Assembly: GCA_038087875.1 (NCBI GenBank)
Contig: JAXLNO010002078.1
Span: forward strand, 62,001-126,000
Length of the DNA stretch: 64,000 bases
Reading direction: 5' to 3'
Source: Malacoraja senta
Taxonomy: Eukaryota
Below, piece after piece: positions 47,834-60,500 of this stretch. The notes below the pieces were generated by a model. It ran no database searches and had not been told where the DNA came from. It saw nothing but the letters and a program-made list of their open reading frames with translations. The translations under genes were made by a program, and so were the position numbers. Numbering within the stretch: position 1 is the stretch's first letter; every line of letters begins with the position of its first letter.

Positions 47834-50570
47834 TAGCAATGTTACAACATTTTGAGATTTAAAAAATCAAGTCTGTAATTTATCCCGTCAGATAAAGCAT
47901 AAAAAGACGTTTAATTTGACACCTAATTCACTTTCATATCTTCAGTATTAAAAAAGCTATGGCCATTTTCATACTCGGAAATTAGCATCTTGTTCCCTAT
48001 TGCTTTTCCATTGACTTAACACAAAAGCTGTGATCGAGGACAGTCAAAAGCCCATAACTTTCTTAAAAATTAAGAGAACTGAAAGAAATTTTCAGTTATT
48101 ATAGATTGAAGTATTCTGAAACAAATATAATAATAATAATAATAATATCTTTTATTGTCATTGCACGTCAGTGCAACGAGATTTAGTATGCAGCTCCACC
48201 GATGTACAAGAAAAGTAAAATAAATAAACCATGTGAGGTCCTCTGAAATGTGAGTGCCCAGAAACTTAAAGCTGGACACTCTCTCCACACTTTCCCCGTA
48301 AATGGAGATTGGGGCGTATTCTCCATTATGGGACCTCCTGAAGTCAATAATCAGCTCCTTGGTCTTGGAGGTGTTTAGTGACAAGTTGTTATGAGCGCAC
48401 CAGTCTGCCAGGTTCTGCACCTCCGCTCTGTATTTTGTTTCATCACTGTTGGTGATCACCGTTGGTGTCGTCTGCAAACTTCACGATGGTGTTGGTGTCG
48501 AATGCAGGGACACAGTCGTGAGTGAAGAGGGAGTAGAGCATGGGGCTTAGTACACAGCCCTGTGGTGCTCAGGGTGATAGTGGAGGACAGGTGCGGGCCC
48601 AGTCTCACTGCCTGCGGTCGCTCCGTCAGAAAGTTCAAGATCCAATCGCATATCGAGTTTGGTGGTGAGCTTGGGTATTGATGACCGTATTGAACGCAGA
48701 GCTATAGTCAATGAAGAGCTTCCTCACATACGTGCCCTGTCTGTCCAGGTGAGTCAGGACAGTGTGAAGAGCCAGAGAGATGGCATCCCCTGTATGCAAA
48801 TTGATGGGAGTCCAGTGAGGCAGGGATGCTGGATTTGATATGGGAGAGGACCAGCCTTTCGAAGCACTTCATCGGGGTTGGAGTTAGGGCAACCGGGCGG
48901 TAGTCGTTCAGGTTGGTGACTTTGGACTTTTTCGGCACCGGCACTATGGTGGCTGTTTTCAGGCACTTGGGGACCGTTGCCAGAGATAGAGACAGATTGA
49001 AGATTCTCGTGAATACCTCCGCCAGCTGTACAGCACAGTCCTTTAGTACCCTTCCCTGGACTCCATCCGGGCCTGCAGCCTTGCGTGGATTAATCCTACG
49101 CAGAGCGCACTGTACCTCCTGGGTGCTCAGTGTTAAGGCCTGTCCCTCCGCCATGGCCGGGGTTATTCCACTCATGGTGGTGTTGCCAGTTTCGAACCGG
49201 GCAAAGAAGGTGTTTAGTTCGTTGGCCAGTGTGATATCACCGTGGGGGCAGGCGGGGCTGCTCTTGTAGTCGGTGATGTCCCTGACACCCTGCCACATGC
49301 TTCTGGTGTCCGCGGTGTTGAAGTGGTCTTCTACCCTTTGCCTGTGGATGTCTTTGGCCTTTTTTGTGCCTCTGTTCAGGTTCGACCTGGCCGCACTGTA
49401 AGCAGATGTGTCCCTGGATTTAAAGGTATTGTTGCGTGCCTTTAGCATATCCTGAACCTCCTTGTTCATCCAGGGTTTCCGGTTTGGGAACATCTTTATT
49501 TGCTTGTCCACTGTGACAGTCTCCGCACAGCAATTGATGTAGGAGAGCACAGTGGAAGTGTACTCCTCCAAGTCTACCTCTGTACCACTGGTAGCCTGTT
49601 GTGCAAACAGGTCCCAGTTGGTGCGATCAAAGCAGTCCTGGAGTTGTAGGGTGGTGTTCTCGGGCCATATTTTGACCGTCCTTATTGCAGGTTTGGTCTT
49701 GCGGATGAGGGGTTTGTATGCAGGCAGTATAAACAGTGAGAGGTGATTGGATTGTCCCAGGGATGGGCGGGGGAGAGCTCTGTATGCGTCCTTGATGTTG
49801 GTGTACACTTTATCCAACGTGTTTGAGCCCCTGGTAGGGCACTGCACATGCTGGTGGAATTTGCGGACAATCTTACTTAGATGACATGAAATTAAAGCAT
49901 ATAATTAGTTAGTACCTAATTGTAGCTAATTACAAAATTCAATTACTAGATCTAAACATCTTATCAATTTCTTAAGAATAGATTAACATTTTTAAATAGC
50001 CTAAGTGTCCAAATAACATTCACACAAGAATTCACAATATAACATCATTTTTAAATCTCATTATCATGGATTTATAGGCCAAATGGAACGAATACCTGTA
50101 ATGTTTAATACCTGTAAATTAATGGGCATTTAAATCATCTTGCGAGTGGGTTTTTCTGGAACGCGATCATTTGGAACGTTGATTTGCGGTGAATTTAACC
50201 CCGTATCGGCATGAAAAATACTGCCATTAGTTCGGGGAAAAGAATCACCTTTTCGCAAATTAAAATGTGAATTAAAGGCCTCTTAAGGAGCACCTTTATA
50301 CTTAAAATAAACTGCTTTCGTTTACCTGTCCCGTGCGTGAAATCCGTCCCCGTTGTCGGCGTTGACGGCTTCAGAAGCTGATTTTAAAATGACTCCAGCG
50401 CTGAACTTGTCGGGAGATTTTTAAAACAAAATACACATAACGCCCATCGGAACGATTCTTCAGCTAAAGCTGGCACTCCAACGAAATATAATTCAGGACA
50501 AGGTAGGAGAAACCCGCGTTTTAACCCCGCCCCCCCTTCAAAGGCGGCAAAATAGCGCACACAGCTAGAG
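47834..50570 (+). mobile_element. Third copy of the TAGCAATG DNA element, split by a Rex1 insertion
   Basis: 47834-48127 and 49866-50570 are collinear with the reverse complement of 44688-45728. Confidence 0.85.
48128..49865 (-). mobile_element. Rex1/Babar-like LINE (EN end + RT), with internal deletions
   Basis: [32 protein letters not shown]; (TAA)n tail at 48128. Confidence 0.9.
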
Positions 50571-50599
50571 GCAAAAGTGGATGTAGTGTATCTAGACTG

Positions 50600-50964
50600 A
50601 TGTCAAAATACCGTGGCTGGATTTATTAATTAAACGGAGCTCTGATGAAAGATCGCACTCGAAACGTTAATCCAACACGGTAGACTCAAGAGTCACTAAG
50701 TTTAACTCAAGGGCCACCAAGTTCTTACAAATGTTTCAATGTTTAACCTCAAGGGTAAATTTTACTCGTGGAAAACTTTAAACATGTTTGAACTTTTTCA
50801 ACAGTTAACAAGTTTCACGGGTACCTGCCGTTAGCGCCACGAGTCGCTAAGTTGCGTCCACGAGTTCCGACATTCCCACTACGTTAATTGTAAGTGATTA
50901 CCACGAGTTAAATTTGTTTTAAGCACGGGGTACCTCGTGGGTCAGCTCGCACCGTGAGACGGGT
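50600..50964 (-). mobile_element. Harbinger-like MITE end
   Basis: GGGTACCTCGTGGGTCAGCTCGCACCGTGAGACGGG. Confidence 0.6.
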
Positions 50965-52627
50965 TTAACTGTGTTTAATTGAGAGGGAGGGGGAGAGAGG
51001 GAGGGGTAGAGGGGGAGAGGGGTGCCTTCAGATGAAATTTAGCATTGTTGGTAGGTGTTGTAGGGAATTTTGAAAATGTTAAGTAAGATAAGTAGGAACT
51101 CGCATACTGGGAAGCATGGTGTGGACAATGGCCAAGAATGTAGTCAGAATAGCAAAGCTGAATCATTTTGCTGAAAAGCAGACTGGAGGACAGAGGATCT
51201 AAGGGGGTAGAGGAACTGAAATAAATTTTCATTAGGCGAGAAATAGTATTGGGTTGGCTAATGGGACTGAAGGATGATAAATCCCCTGGGCCTGATGGTC
51301 TGCATCCCAGGGTTCTCAGGGAGGTGGCTCTAGAAATAGTGGACGCATTGGTGATCATTTTCCAATGTTGAATAGATTCAGGACCAGTTGCTGTGGATTG
51401 GAGGACAGCTAATGTTATCCCACTTTTCAATAAAGGAGCGAGAGAAAAAATGGGGAATTACAGACCAGTTAGCCGGGAGGAGGGAGGGAGAGGGAGGCCT
51501 CCCAGTTAGAATTACAGACCAGTTAGGTGGGAAAGATGCTGGAGTCAATTATTAAAGAGGTAATAATGGGGCATTTGGATAGCAGTAAAAGCATTAGTCC
51601 AAGTCAACATGGATTTATGAAAGGGAAATCATGCTTGACTAATCTTCTGGAATTTTTTGAGGATGTGACAAGTAAAATGGATGAAGGGGTGCCAGTGGAT
51701 GTAGTGTATCTAGACTTTCAGAAAACCTTTGATAAGGTCCCGCACGGGAGACTGGTGACTAAAATTAGAGCACGGTATTAGAGGTAGGGTGTTGACATGG
51801 ATAGAAAATTGGTTGGCAGACCGGAAGCAAAGAGTAGGAGTGAACAGGTCCTTTTCAGAATGGGATGCAGTGGCGAGTGGAGTTGGGGACGCAACTGTTT
51901 ACCATATAAATTAATGATTTGGAAGAGGGAATTAGGAGCAACACTAGCAAGTTTGCGGATGACACAAAGCTGCGTGGCAGTGTGAACTGTGAAGAGGAGG
52001 TTGCAGGGTGACCTGGACAGGTTGAGTGAGTGGGCAGATGCGTGGCAGATGCAGCAGGGCTGGAAATTAGCGGTTGCCTGGGCCCCATTGACCACAGAAA
52101 GTGCCCCCGGGCAACCTAAACGGCGACTCATTTTGCCCGGCTTGGCACCCAAATACTGGTTTATACCGGTAGACGCAAAAAACTGGAGTAACTCATGCAG
52201 CATCTCCAGCGAATAGGAACTGACGTTTCGGGTCGGCGGCTGATTGATTCTTCTGCCACCCCCCCCCCCCCCCTATCCATCCTACACTGGTCCCCCAATT
52301 CATCCTGTACTGATCCCCCTTCCCATCCATCCTGCACTTCTCCCCCCCCCCATTCATACTGCACTGATCCTCCCATTCATCCCGTACTGACCCACCCTCC
52401 ATTTACCCTGCACCAAGCCCCCCATCCATCCTGTAGTGATCTCCGCATTCATCTTTTACTGATCCCCCATTCATCCTGTACTGATCCCCTCATTCATCCT
52501 GTAGTGATCTCCCATTTATCCTGCATAGACCCTCCGATCCACACTGCTCTGACCCCCCCATTCATCCTGTACTGATCCCCCCCATTCATCCTGTGCTGAT
52601 CCCCCCATTCAAAAAGAATGGGGGGAA

Positions 52628-52724
52628 CAGTCTGAAGAAGGGTCTCGACCCGAAACGTTGCTTATTTCCTTAGCTCCATAGATGCTGCCTCACCCGCTGA
52701 ATTTCTCCAGCCTTTTTGTCTACC
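52628..52724 (+). ncRNA. Penelope-derived repeat with intact minimal hammerhead-like core
   Basis: AGT-CTGAAGA-A-GGGT(CTCG)ACCC-GAAA-CG-TT-GCT; a 3-bp stem I (AGU/GCU) is possible. Confidence 0.65.
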
Positions 52725-53885
52725 CCCATTCGTCCTGTACTGAACCCCCATTCATCCTATACTGATTCCCCCCATCCATCCCATATTGATCCCCCCACAT
52801 TCAACACCACTGACATCCCCCGTGCTCTCCTCTCACAATTTTACATACTCCAACCAACACGTACTAATCACCTGCCGCAATCCATACATTCCGCACCGAT
52901 TGCCTTCTCAACCCCCCCCCCCACCCCCGCCATCTATCCACCCCGCACTGATTCACACACCCCCTGACCCTATTGTGCTTCATGGTCTTCAGAGCGAACA
53001 TTGATTATGTTTGATAACTGAATGTAATCAAATGTGTTTTAATTCCCAATGTTATTATTTGTTTTTGACACCTTTAAACATATTACCAAAAGAACATTTG
53101 CTGCAGTTATGTCCTTTGGCCATCTCTTGTCAGTTAGTGTAATGTTTAACCTGTCAGATGGGTATACATAGATACATAGAAAATAGGTGCAGGAGTAGGC
53201 CATTCGGCCCTTCGAGCCTGCACTGCCATTCAATATGATCATGGCTGATCATCCAACTCAGTATCCCGTACCTGCCTTCTCTCCATACCCCCTGATCCCT
53301 TTAGCCACAAGGGCCACATCTAACTCCCTCTTAAATATAGCCAATGAGCTGGCCTCAACTACCCTCTGTGGCAGAGAGTTCCAGGGATTCACCACTCTCT
53401 GTGTGAAAAAGTTTTTTCTCATCTCGGTCTTAAAGGATTTCCCCCTTATCCTTAAGCTGTGACCCCTTGTCCTGGACTTCCCCAACATCGGGAACAATCT
53501 TCCTGCATCTAGCCTGTCCAACCCCATAAGAATGTTGTAAGTTTCTATAGGATCCCCTCTCAATCTCCTAAATTCTAGCGAGTATAAGCCAAGTCTATCC
53601 AGTCTTTCTTCATATGAAAGTCCTGACATCCCAGGAATCAGTCTGGTATAGTCGGTACAGTCAGGAATAGTCGGTATTAACAGCTATTATCATAAAATGC
53701 CTTTAGAAATTTCCTTGCAACCTGTATATTTTGTTATGGATAAATTATGTGGGAAGCCAGAGTGTTTCTGTGCCAATAGCAATAACGACCCATGCTATGG
53801 ACATGTCATGGTAATTTTCGGTCCTTCACAGAAAACATGGTTGCATCAATTTGTAGTGTGTATGGTTAAGCATATGCTGATGGGT

Positions 53886-54027
53886 TTCACCCTTCTTCAG
53901 ACTGATGGGTTTCGGCCTGAAATGTTGCTTATTTCCTTCGCTCCATAGATGCTGCTGCACTCGCTGAGTTTCTCCAGCACTTTTGTCTACCTTTGATTTT
54001 CCAGCATCTGCAGTTCCTTCTTGAACA
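53886..54027 (+). mobile_element. Penelope-derived repeat with fold-back head
   Basis: CCCTTCTTCAGACTGATGGGTTTCGGCCTGAAATGTT...TTCTTGAACA. Confidence 0.72.
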
Positions 54028-56750
54028 TAATATGTGAATGCTTCATTGAGCATAATTCCGAATGGTACCTACGCACTTCGTCCGAGCACATTATCGCACG
54101 GGTCATGCAAACCGTCTTCAATGACCACCTAAACTGTCATTTGGCAACCTAAAAAGCTGTCAAGGTTGCCCGGCTGGCAACAGGGGGAAAAAAGTTAAGT
54201 GAGAGCCCTGTGCAGTATAATATAGATAATTGTGAGGTTATCCACTTTGGCGGCAAAAACAAGGGAGCAGATTATTATCTCAATGGGGTTAGGTTAGGTA
54301 AGGGGGAGGTACAGCGAGACCTGGGTGTCCTTGTACACTGAAAGTTGGCGTGCAGGTACAGCAGGCAGTGAAGAAAGCTAATGGAATGTTGGCCTTCATA
54401 ACAAGAGGATTTCAGTACAGGAGTAAAAAGGTTCTTCTGCAGTTGTATAGGGCTCTGGTGAGACCACATCTGGAGTATTGTGTACAGTTTTGGTCTCCTA
54501 ATTTGAGGAAGGACATCCTTGTGATTGAGGCAGTGCAGCGTAGGTTCACGAGATTGATCCCTGGGATGGCGGGACTATCATATGAGGAAAGATTGAAAAG
54601 ACTAGGCTTGTATTCACTGGACTTCAGAAGGATGAGGGGGTTCTTATAGAAACATAAAATTATAAAAGGACTGGACAAGCTAGATGCAGGAAAAATGTTC
54701 CCAATGTTGGGCGAGTCCAGAACCAGGGGCCACAGTCTTAGAATAAAGCGGAGGTCATTTAAGACTGAGGTGAGAAAAAAACGTTTTCACCCAGAGAGTT
54801 GTGAATTTATGGAATTCCCTGCCACAGAGAGCAGTGGAGGCCAAATCATTGGATGGATTTAAGAGAGAGTTAGATAGAGCTCTAGGGGCTAGTGGAGTCA
54901 AGGGATATGGGGAGAAGGCAGGCACGGGTTATTGATGGGGGACGATCAACCATGATCACAATGAATGGTGGTGCTGGCTTGAAGGGCCGAATGGCCTCCT
55001 CCTGCACCTATTTTCTATGTCTATGTTTCTATGTCTACGTGTCTATGTTTCTTATCAGTCGGAGGGAAGGATAGTCCTTCACAGTTGTGTCTGGGTTCTT
55101 ATCTGTTGCAATCTTGCATTACAGCTGCTCTTGGTCATTATGTTTAGCAGCCAGGTCTCGCAAAGGTTAACAAATTGCCACTTTTACAAGGGGATTCCAT
55201 TTGGTGGGGGAATCTGGCCATTTATGGCATCCACAGGTGAGATAAGTGGGTGGGAGAATTCCAAACAACAAGAAAGGCAAGTTTTAAGTCGAGTTTGGGG
55301 AGACGTTGATTAATGATTGTTTATTTCAACTCCACAAGTAACCATTGTGTCATGAGGGTATAAGAATCCTACAATTATTGTAGGATTTTGAAGTAGTTTG
55401 AGTTTGCTCACACTGCTTCCCGATGTATTTTGCTGAGGCCTTTATTAAACTGACATGCTAGATAGACTCGCCACTGATCTATGAGTTTTTTCAATTTGTG
55501 TCTGTGCCTATCTGAGTAAAGTCAGATATAGACTATGGGTAAAGTACAAAATGCCCTCTAACAGAAGGTCTTTGTATCCTCAGCATCCTTCATAGTTTGT
55601 TATAGTGGAAGGCGTGTTTATAGCTTTTTATATCTATTTTACCGGTATCATTGGATTTGTTCTGCAAATTAATACTAGTTATTTTTTAATGCATTCAAAC
55701 CAAATATACTTTAATATTCCTTAATCAACTCAAATTATACCCATTATTATCATAAGCAATGACAGACATCCAGCATTAGGTGCTTTGCTGAATATTGCAC
55801 AAAATAGCATGACTAAATCTGTATTTTGTCTAATAGTTTAAATGTAAGCTGTAAGCTTTCATGTTTGTTTATATTTCCTGCAATAATATTGTCTGTGGGG
55901 AACAAAAGCTTTAAATATTGGCTTATATTCTTATTTCAAAAACTGCTCTTTCACAAAGTTGCATTTTATTATTCTCTTGAATAATAGAATATTGCACTAA
56001 CTAACTGGATTTATCATTTTTTTAAGATGACAAGATGAAGCTTGTATTTTTCAGTTTGAAGCCTCTGCTTGTTTTTGGTTATGTTGAGCTTTTAGAGGAT
56101 TAAGTTGCTCCTGACATAATTTTACTGGCGTGCTGCAAGTCATACTGAGCTCGGGCATTGTGGAAGAGCACATGGATGCTTGTACAGAACTGTAATATTG
56201 CTAAGTTTTAATGTTTGACAGCAGGAAGTGGCCTGCATCAGTCAGAGTATTGAGTATAGTTGGGAGGTCATGTTGCAGTTATATAAGATGTTGGTGAGGC
56301 TGCCTTTAGAGTATAGACTTCCGGTGGCGCTATGGAGGAATAGAGGTCCGCGCCAGCTAGCTCCACGCAAAATTGTTTGAAAACGGGGAGAAAAGAACGG
56401 GACTGACCCGCTGATAACACTCTGGCTGCTTGCAACGAGTGAGTGACGTCATCAGGCGAGCGACTCCGGCGGTATGTCTGTCTAACATACCCCCCCACCC
56501 CCAAGACGAAAAGCCCAACCGTGAAGCCCAAGGACTGAAGTCTCAGTCGGACTAGGCCCGACTGAAGCCTCGGGCTCAGTTTTAGCGTCGTCCCAGGAAG
56601 ATGTTTCAAAGAAGACAAAAGTCGAAAAAAACAGAAATAGAGGAACTTCGAAGTTTTCTCTCACAAGAAATTGCAAGTATAAAGGAACAATTGAAAAGTT
56701 TTAAAGAAAAACTGAACTTTAAAGAAGAACTGCAATCCTTTAAAGAATAA

Positions 56751-57368
56751 ATGAAAGAAGAAATTACAAACTCTGTTCATGAAGTGTTGGAAGCCTGGAA
56801 GATAACAATGGAAGAAAATCTTACTCTACAGATCGAAGAGGTAAATGTTAAAATAAATCCGATGGAATCCAGCTTTAATTCTAAGTTGGATACCATCATC
56901 CAGACATTAAATCAACAAAATACAGCTATAACTCAATTAGAGGATATTGCTGAGACAGGTGCCGAAACTACAAAAAAGCTTCTCTCCGAGAACAAGCGTT
57001 TATCAGACTCATTGAGTAAAATAACTGAAAAATGTATTGACTTGGAGGGACGTCAGAGACGACAAAATTTAAGAATTGTGGGCGTCCAGGAAGGCAGAGA
57101 GGGGAGCCGTGACCTCCGTGAATTTTCTGCAGACTTATTACAAAAAGTCTTAAATCTTGATCAAAAACCCCTACTAAGTCGGGCACACAGAGCACTGGGA
57201 CGCCGCCCAAGGGCGGACGCCCCCCCAAGACAACTGATAGTGAAGGTGCAATATGGCCATGTTTTGGATAATATGATGAAGAAAATCGTTCGCAACAGAG
57301 ATCTCCTATTTGAAGGAGACAAGATCAGTATATTTAGAGATTATCCTGTGGAGGTCACCAGGAAGTGA
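56751..57368 (+). pseudogene. L1 ORF1p copy B
   Basis: Same length and same premature stop as copy A. Confidence 0.9.
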
Positions 57369-57546
57369 GCGCTGTTTACAGAGACAAGAAGAATACTTAA
57401 GAATATACAAGATCTGAGATTATGGACTGATGTATCCCGCAACACTGAGTTACCTACAAGAGGAAGGAATATTTCTTCACTGACCACAAGGAAGCACTTG
57501 ATTTCGCCCTGGACATTGAGAATAAGACCGATGATTGAACAATACT

Positions 57547-60500
57547 TGTGAGATTCAAAATCACAAACGCTTTTAGAGACAAAGTCGGCAAAGAAGCTTT
57601 TTATTCAAATCATATTCTGCAGAATAGGTGCCTCTCCTCTGATGTCCCCTAGAGGCACACCGAGGATCGGGATGTCTTCTATCTTTATACATTTCATGGG
57701 TATCATTGTCACACCCTCATCCCTCCCCATTGTGCTTCTTCCAATCATAACATAAAGCCCACATTCCCACGAGAACGTCCTGGAACGTCCACCCGACGTC
57801 AAAGACACCTCCCATATCATGCATCGCATGTGCATTTAAATGGGACATCTTGTCATAGTGGGTGTGTGTACATATTCATGTAAGTACATTGCCCATGCGC
57901 ACAGAGTGTTTCTTATGACCCTTACCCTAGTTCTATCCTGGACGGTCTCCTTATCTTCTCTGTTCTCATCCTTGAAAAAGTCACCATCTGTGCTCGTTCT
58001 TCACTCCCCCTATCCTCCCTACTATACAAAGGGTTATTGTCTAAATCAACTTATACCTATTAACCCCTTCCTCACAATCCACACTTTTACTTTTGCTACT
58101 GCAATCTTTGATTTAGACTATCTGCCCCTTCTCTAATGCTAGCAGCAGAATCTTCGCCTCCTTATCTTCCTCTCGCTGGTCATACTTTGTTTTAAATAGG
58201 CACAGCAACCCCATCATAACTACCACTGATGTTAGGGCTGATGTAAAGATGTGCTTCCATTTCCCAAACCAGGAGTCTAGCGGTCCAGGAGGTGTCTACT
58301 CCGGAGTTCTCGGGCAATTCGATAGACAGGGAGGTGAGACCTGCTAGGGCTCTCGATACTGACCCATCAGGAGCAGTGTTGTTGGGGATGAAGGTGCAAC
58401 ATTGTTCCCCAAACATTACACACACCCCTCCCTTCTCAGCCAGTGGCATGTCTAAGGCCATGCAATTTTGCCAGGCCATTAGGCTGGTATCTGTCAGTTG
58501 TTCCGCTAATCCTTCAACCGCATCTCGAGTGTAATTTATAAAGCGTTGTTGATTGTATTATAGGTAGTTGATCCAGTCCACATTTTTATTAAGTGTGGAC
58601 CACCAGAAGAGTATGGACTCAAAGCCCGCAGCTATCTGGTTTCTGGCTTTGAATTCATCGGGTATCCCTCTTGGCACCCCTATCGCATCTATATATATGT
58701 GTGTGTTGAAGTGTCTGTCCTTCGGCCCTTTGTATTGTTGTTGCTAGCCGGGAATAGGTAATGATAACTCTGGCAGGTCGCATCCTTTGGTAGGATGGGA
58801 TTCGTGAATAGCTGTAGTATACATGACATAGCCCCAGGTGTCCTATCCCAATTCAAGGGAAATGGTTCTGGAACCAGCTGAGGCTTAGCTCCGGCACAGG
58901 CGTAGCAATTGGTGTGTTGCATACTCCTGGCCGTGTACATCATCCAGGCAAGCCAGGTGTTGGCTCCCTTCCCTCCTGTAGGTATTCCCTCCTCATATAA
59001 TTGCCTTAATTCTGTTTCTCCTGCTACTATCATTATCTTCAAATCCTTAGGCTCATTCTCCCTGTTCTATCTGCACATATCCAATACCTACCACTTTCCT
59101 GCATTTGAACACTCTGTATGCTTACATAGTTGGGTAACCACCCAACACACGACCCACCAACACGAAATCTTCATTTTTCCCGCGGGTTCTTGTTAAATAT
59201 TAAAGTCAATGGTTCCTCTCCTTTGCGCACAGTCCACGGGCTGATATTGTTTGGTGGGGCCTCCACAGGTCCCTTAAATCGGCTTGCGTGTGTCCACCTT
59301 TTTTCTTTTGTTCGTACTGCTGTCTCGGTGATTAGTAACACCAGGTAGGGTCCAATCCATTTAGGTTGCAGCTTTTCTTCCTTCCATGATGTTACAAGAT
59401 CCCAGTCCCCCGCTTTCACAGAATGGTTGGAAAGTCGAGATGGGGACTCTGTGCCAGCAGCCCCTTGGTTCTTAATTCTGTAATAGAACGAGATACTGCC
59501 AGTAAATAGTTCCTTAGGAATACATCATCCCCTTGTATTTGTTGGGACCCCTTCTATCTTTCCTAAATAATAAAGACCTAACTTGTTCAACCTTTCTCTG
59601 TGTCTTAGTTGCTGAAACCCAGTCAACATTCTAATTGATCTCCTCTGTACTCTCTCTATTTTGTTGACATCCTTCCTATAATTATGCCTACCAAAATTAT
59701 ACATCATACTCCACAATTGACCTCACCAATACCTTGTACAATTTAACATTACAACCCAACTTCTATACACAATGCTCTGATTTATAAAGGCCAACACACC
59801 AAAATCTTTCTTTACCATCCTATCTTCATGAAATTCCACCTTCAGGGAACTATGTACAGTTATTCCTAGATCCCTCTATTCAACTTCATTCCTCAATTCA
59901 CAATCATTTACCATGTACATTCAATTTTGATTTGTCCTGCCAAGATGTATCATCTCACACTTATCAACATTAAACCTATCTGTCATGTTTCAACCCATTC
60001 TTCCAAATGATCTAAATCTCTCTGTACACTTTTAAAATCTACTTCATTATTCACAACACCACCTATCTTAGTATCATCTACATACTTATTAATCTATTTT
60101 ACCACACCAACATCCAGATTATTGATTCACATGACAAACAACAGTGGACCCAACAAACATCCCCGAGGTACCCTTCTAGTCACTGACCTCCAACCTGACA
60201 AACATCCATCCACTATTGCTCTCTGACATCTCCCATACAGCCACTTTTTAATCCATCTTGCTATTCCTTACTAACCCTTCTTAACCAACCTTATTTCCTT
60301 ATTGAACCTTGTCAAAGGCCTTACTGAAGTTCATCTAGACAACATCCATCACTTTACCCTCATCAATTTCCCTAATAACCTTTTCAAAAAATTCAAGATT
60401 AGTCAAACATCACAATCACAAATCCATGCTAATTCTTCCTAATCCTACCCTATTTATCCAAATTCTTATATGTTGTCTTAAGTATCCTTTCCATTATTTT

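Larger units (their letters stand above)
52055..54210. mobile_element. hAT5-like non-autonomous element, copy 2
   Basis: CAGGGCTGG...GAGAGCCCTG with 5-bp TSD TGCAG; carries a CR1 tail (53165-53645) and Penelope units. Confidence 0.85.
51185..55050 (+). mobile_element. CR1 ORF2 3' half interrupted by the hAT-like element
   Basis: KSPGPDGLHP, YLDFQKTFDKVPH; WQMQ|YN split at 52055-54210; tail at 54960-55050. Confidence 0.88.

Noticed and set aside
20599-54027. CRISPR-like reading of the recurring CTGAAGAAGGG..CCCGAAAC repeat
   Set aside because: Copies are dispersed, have TSDs and no regular spacers; eukaryotic context
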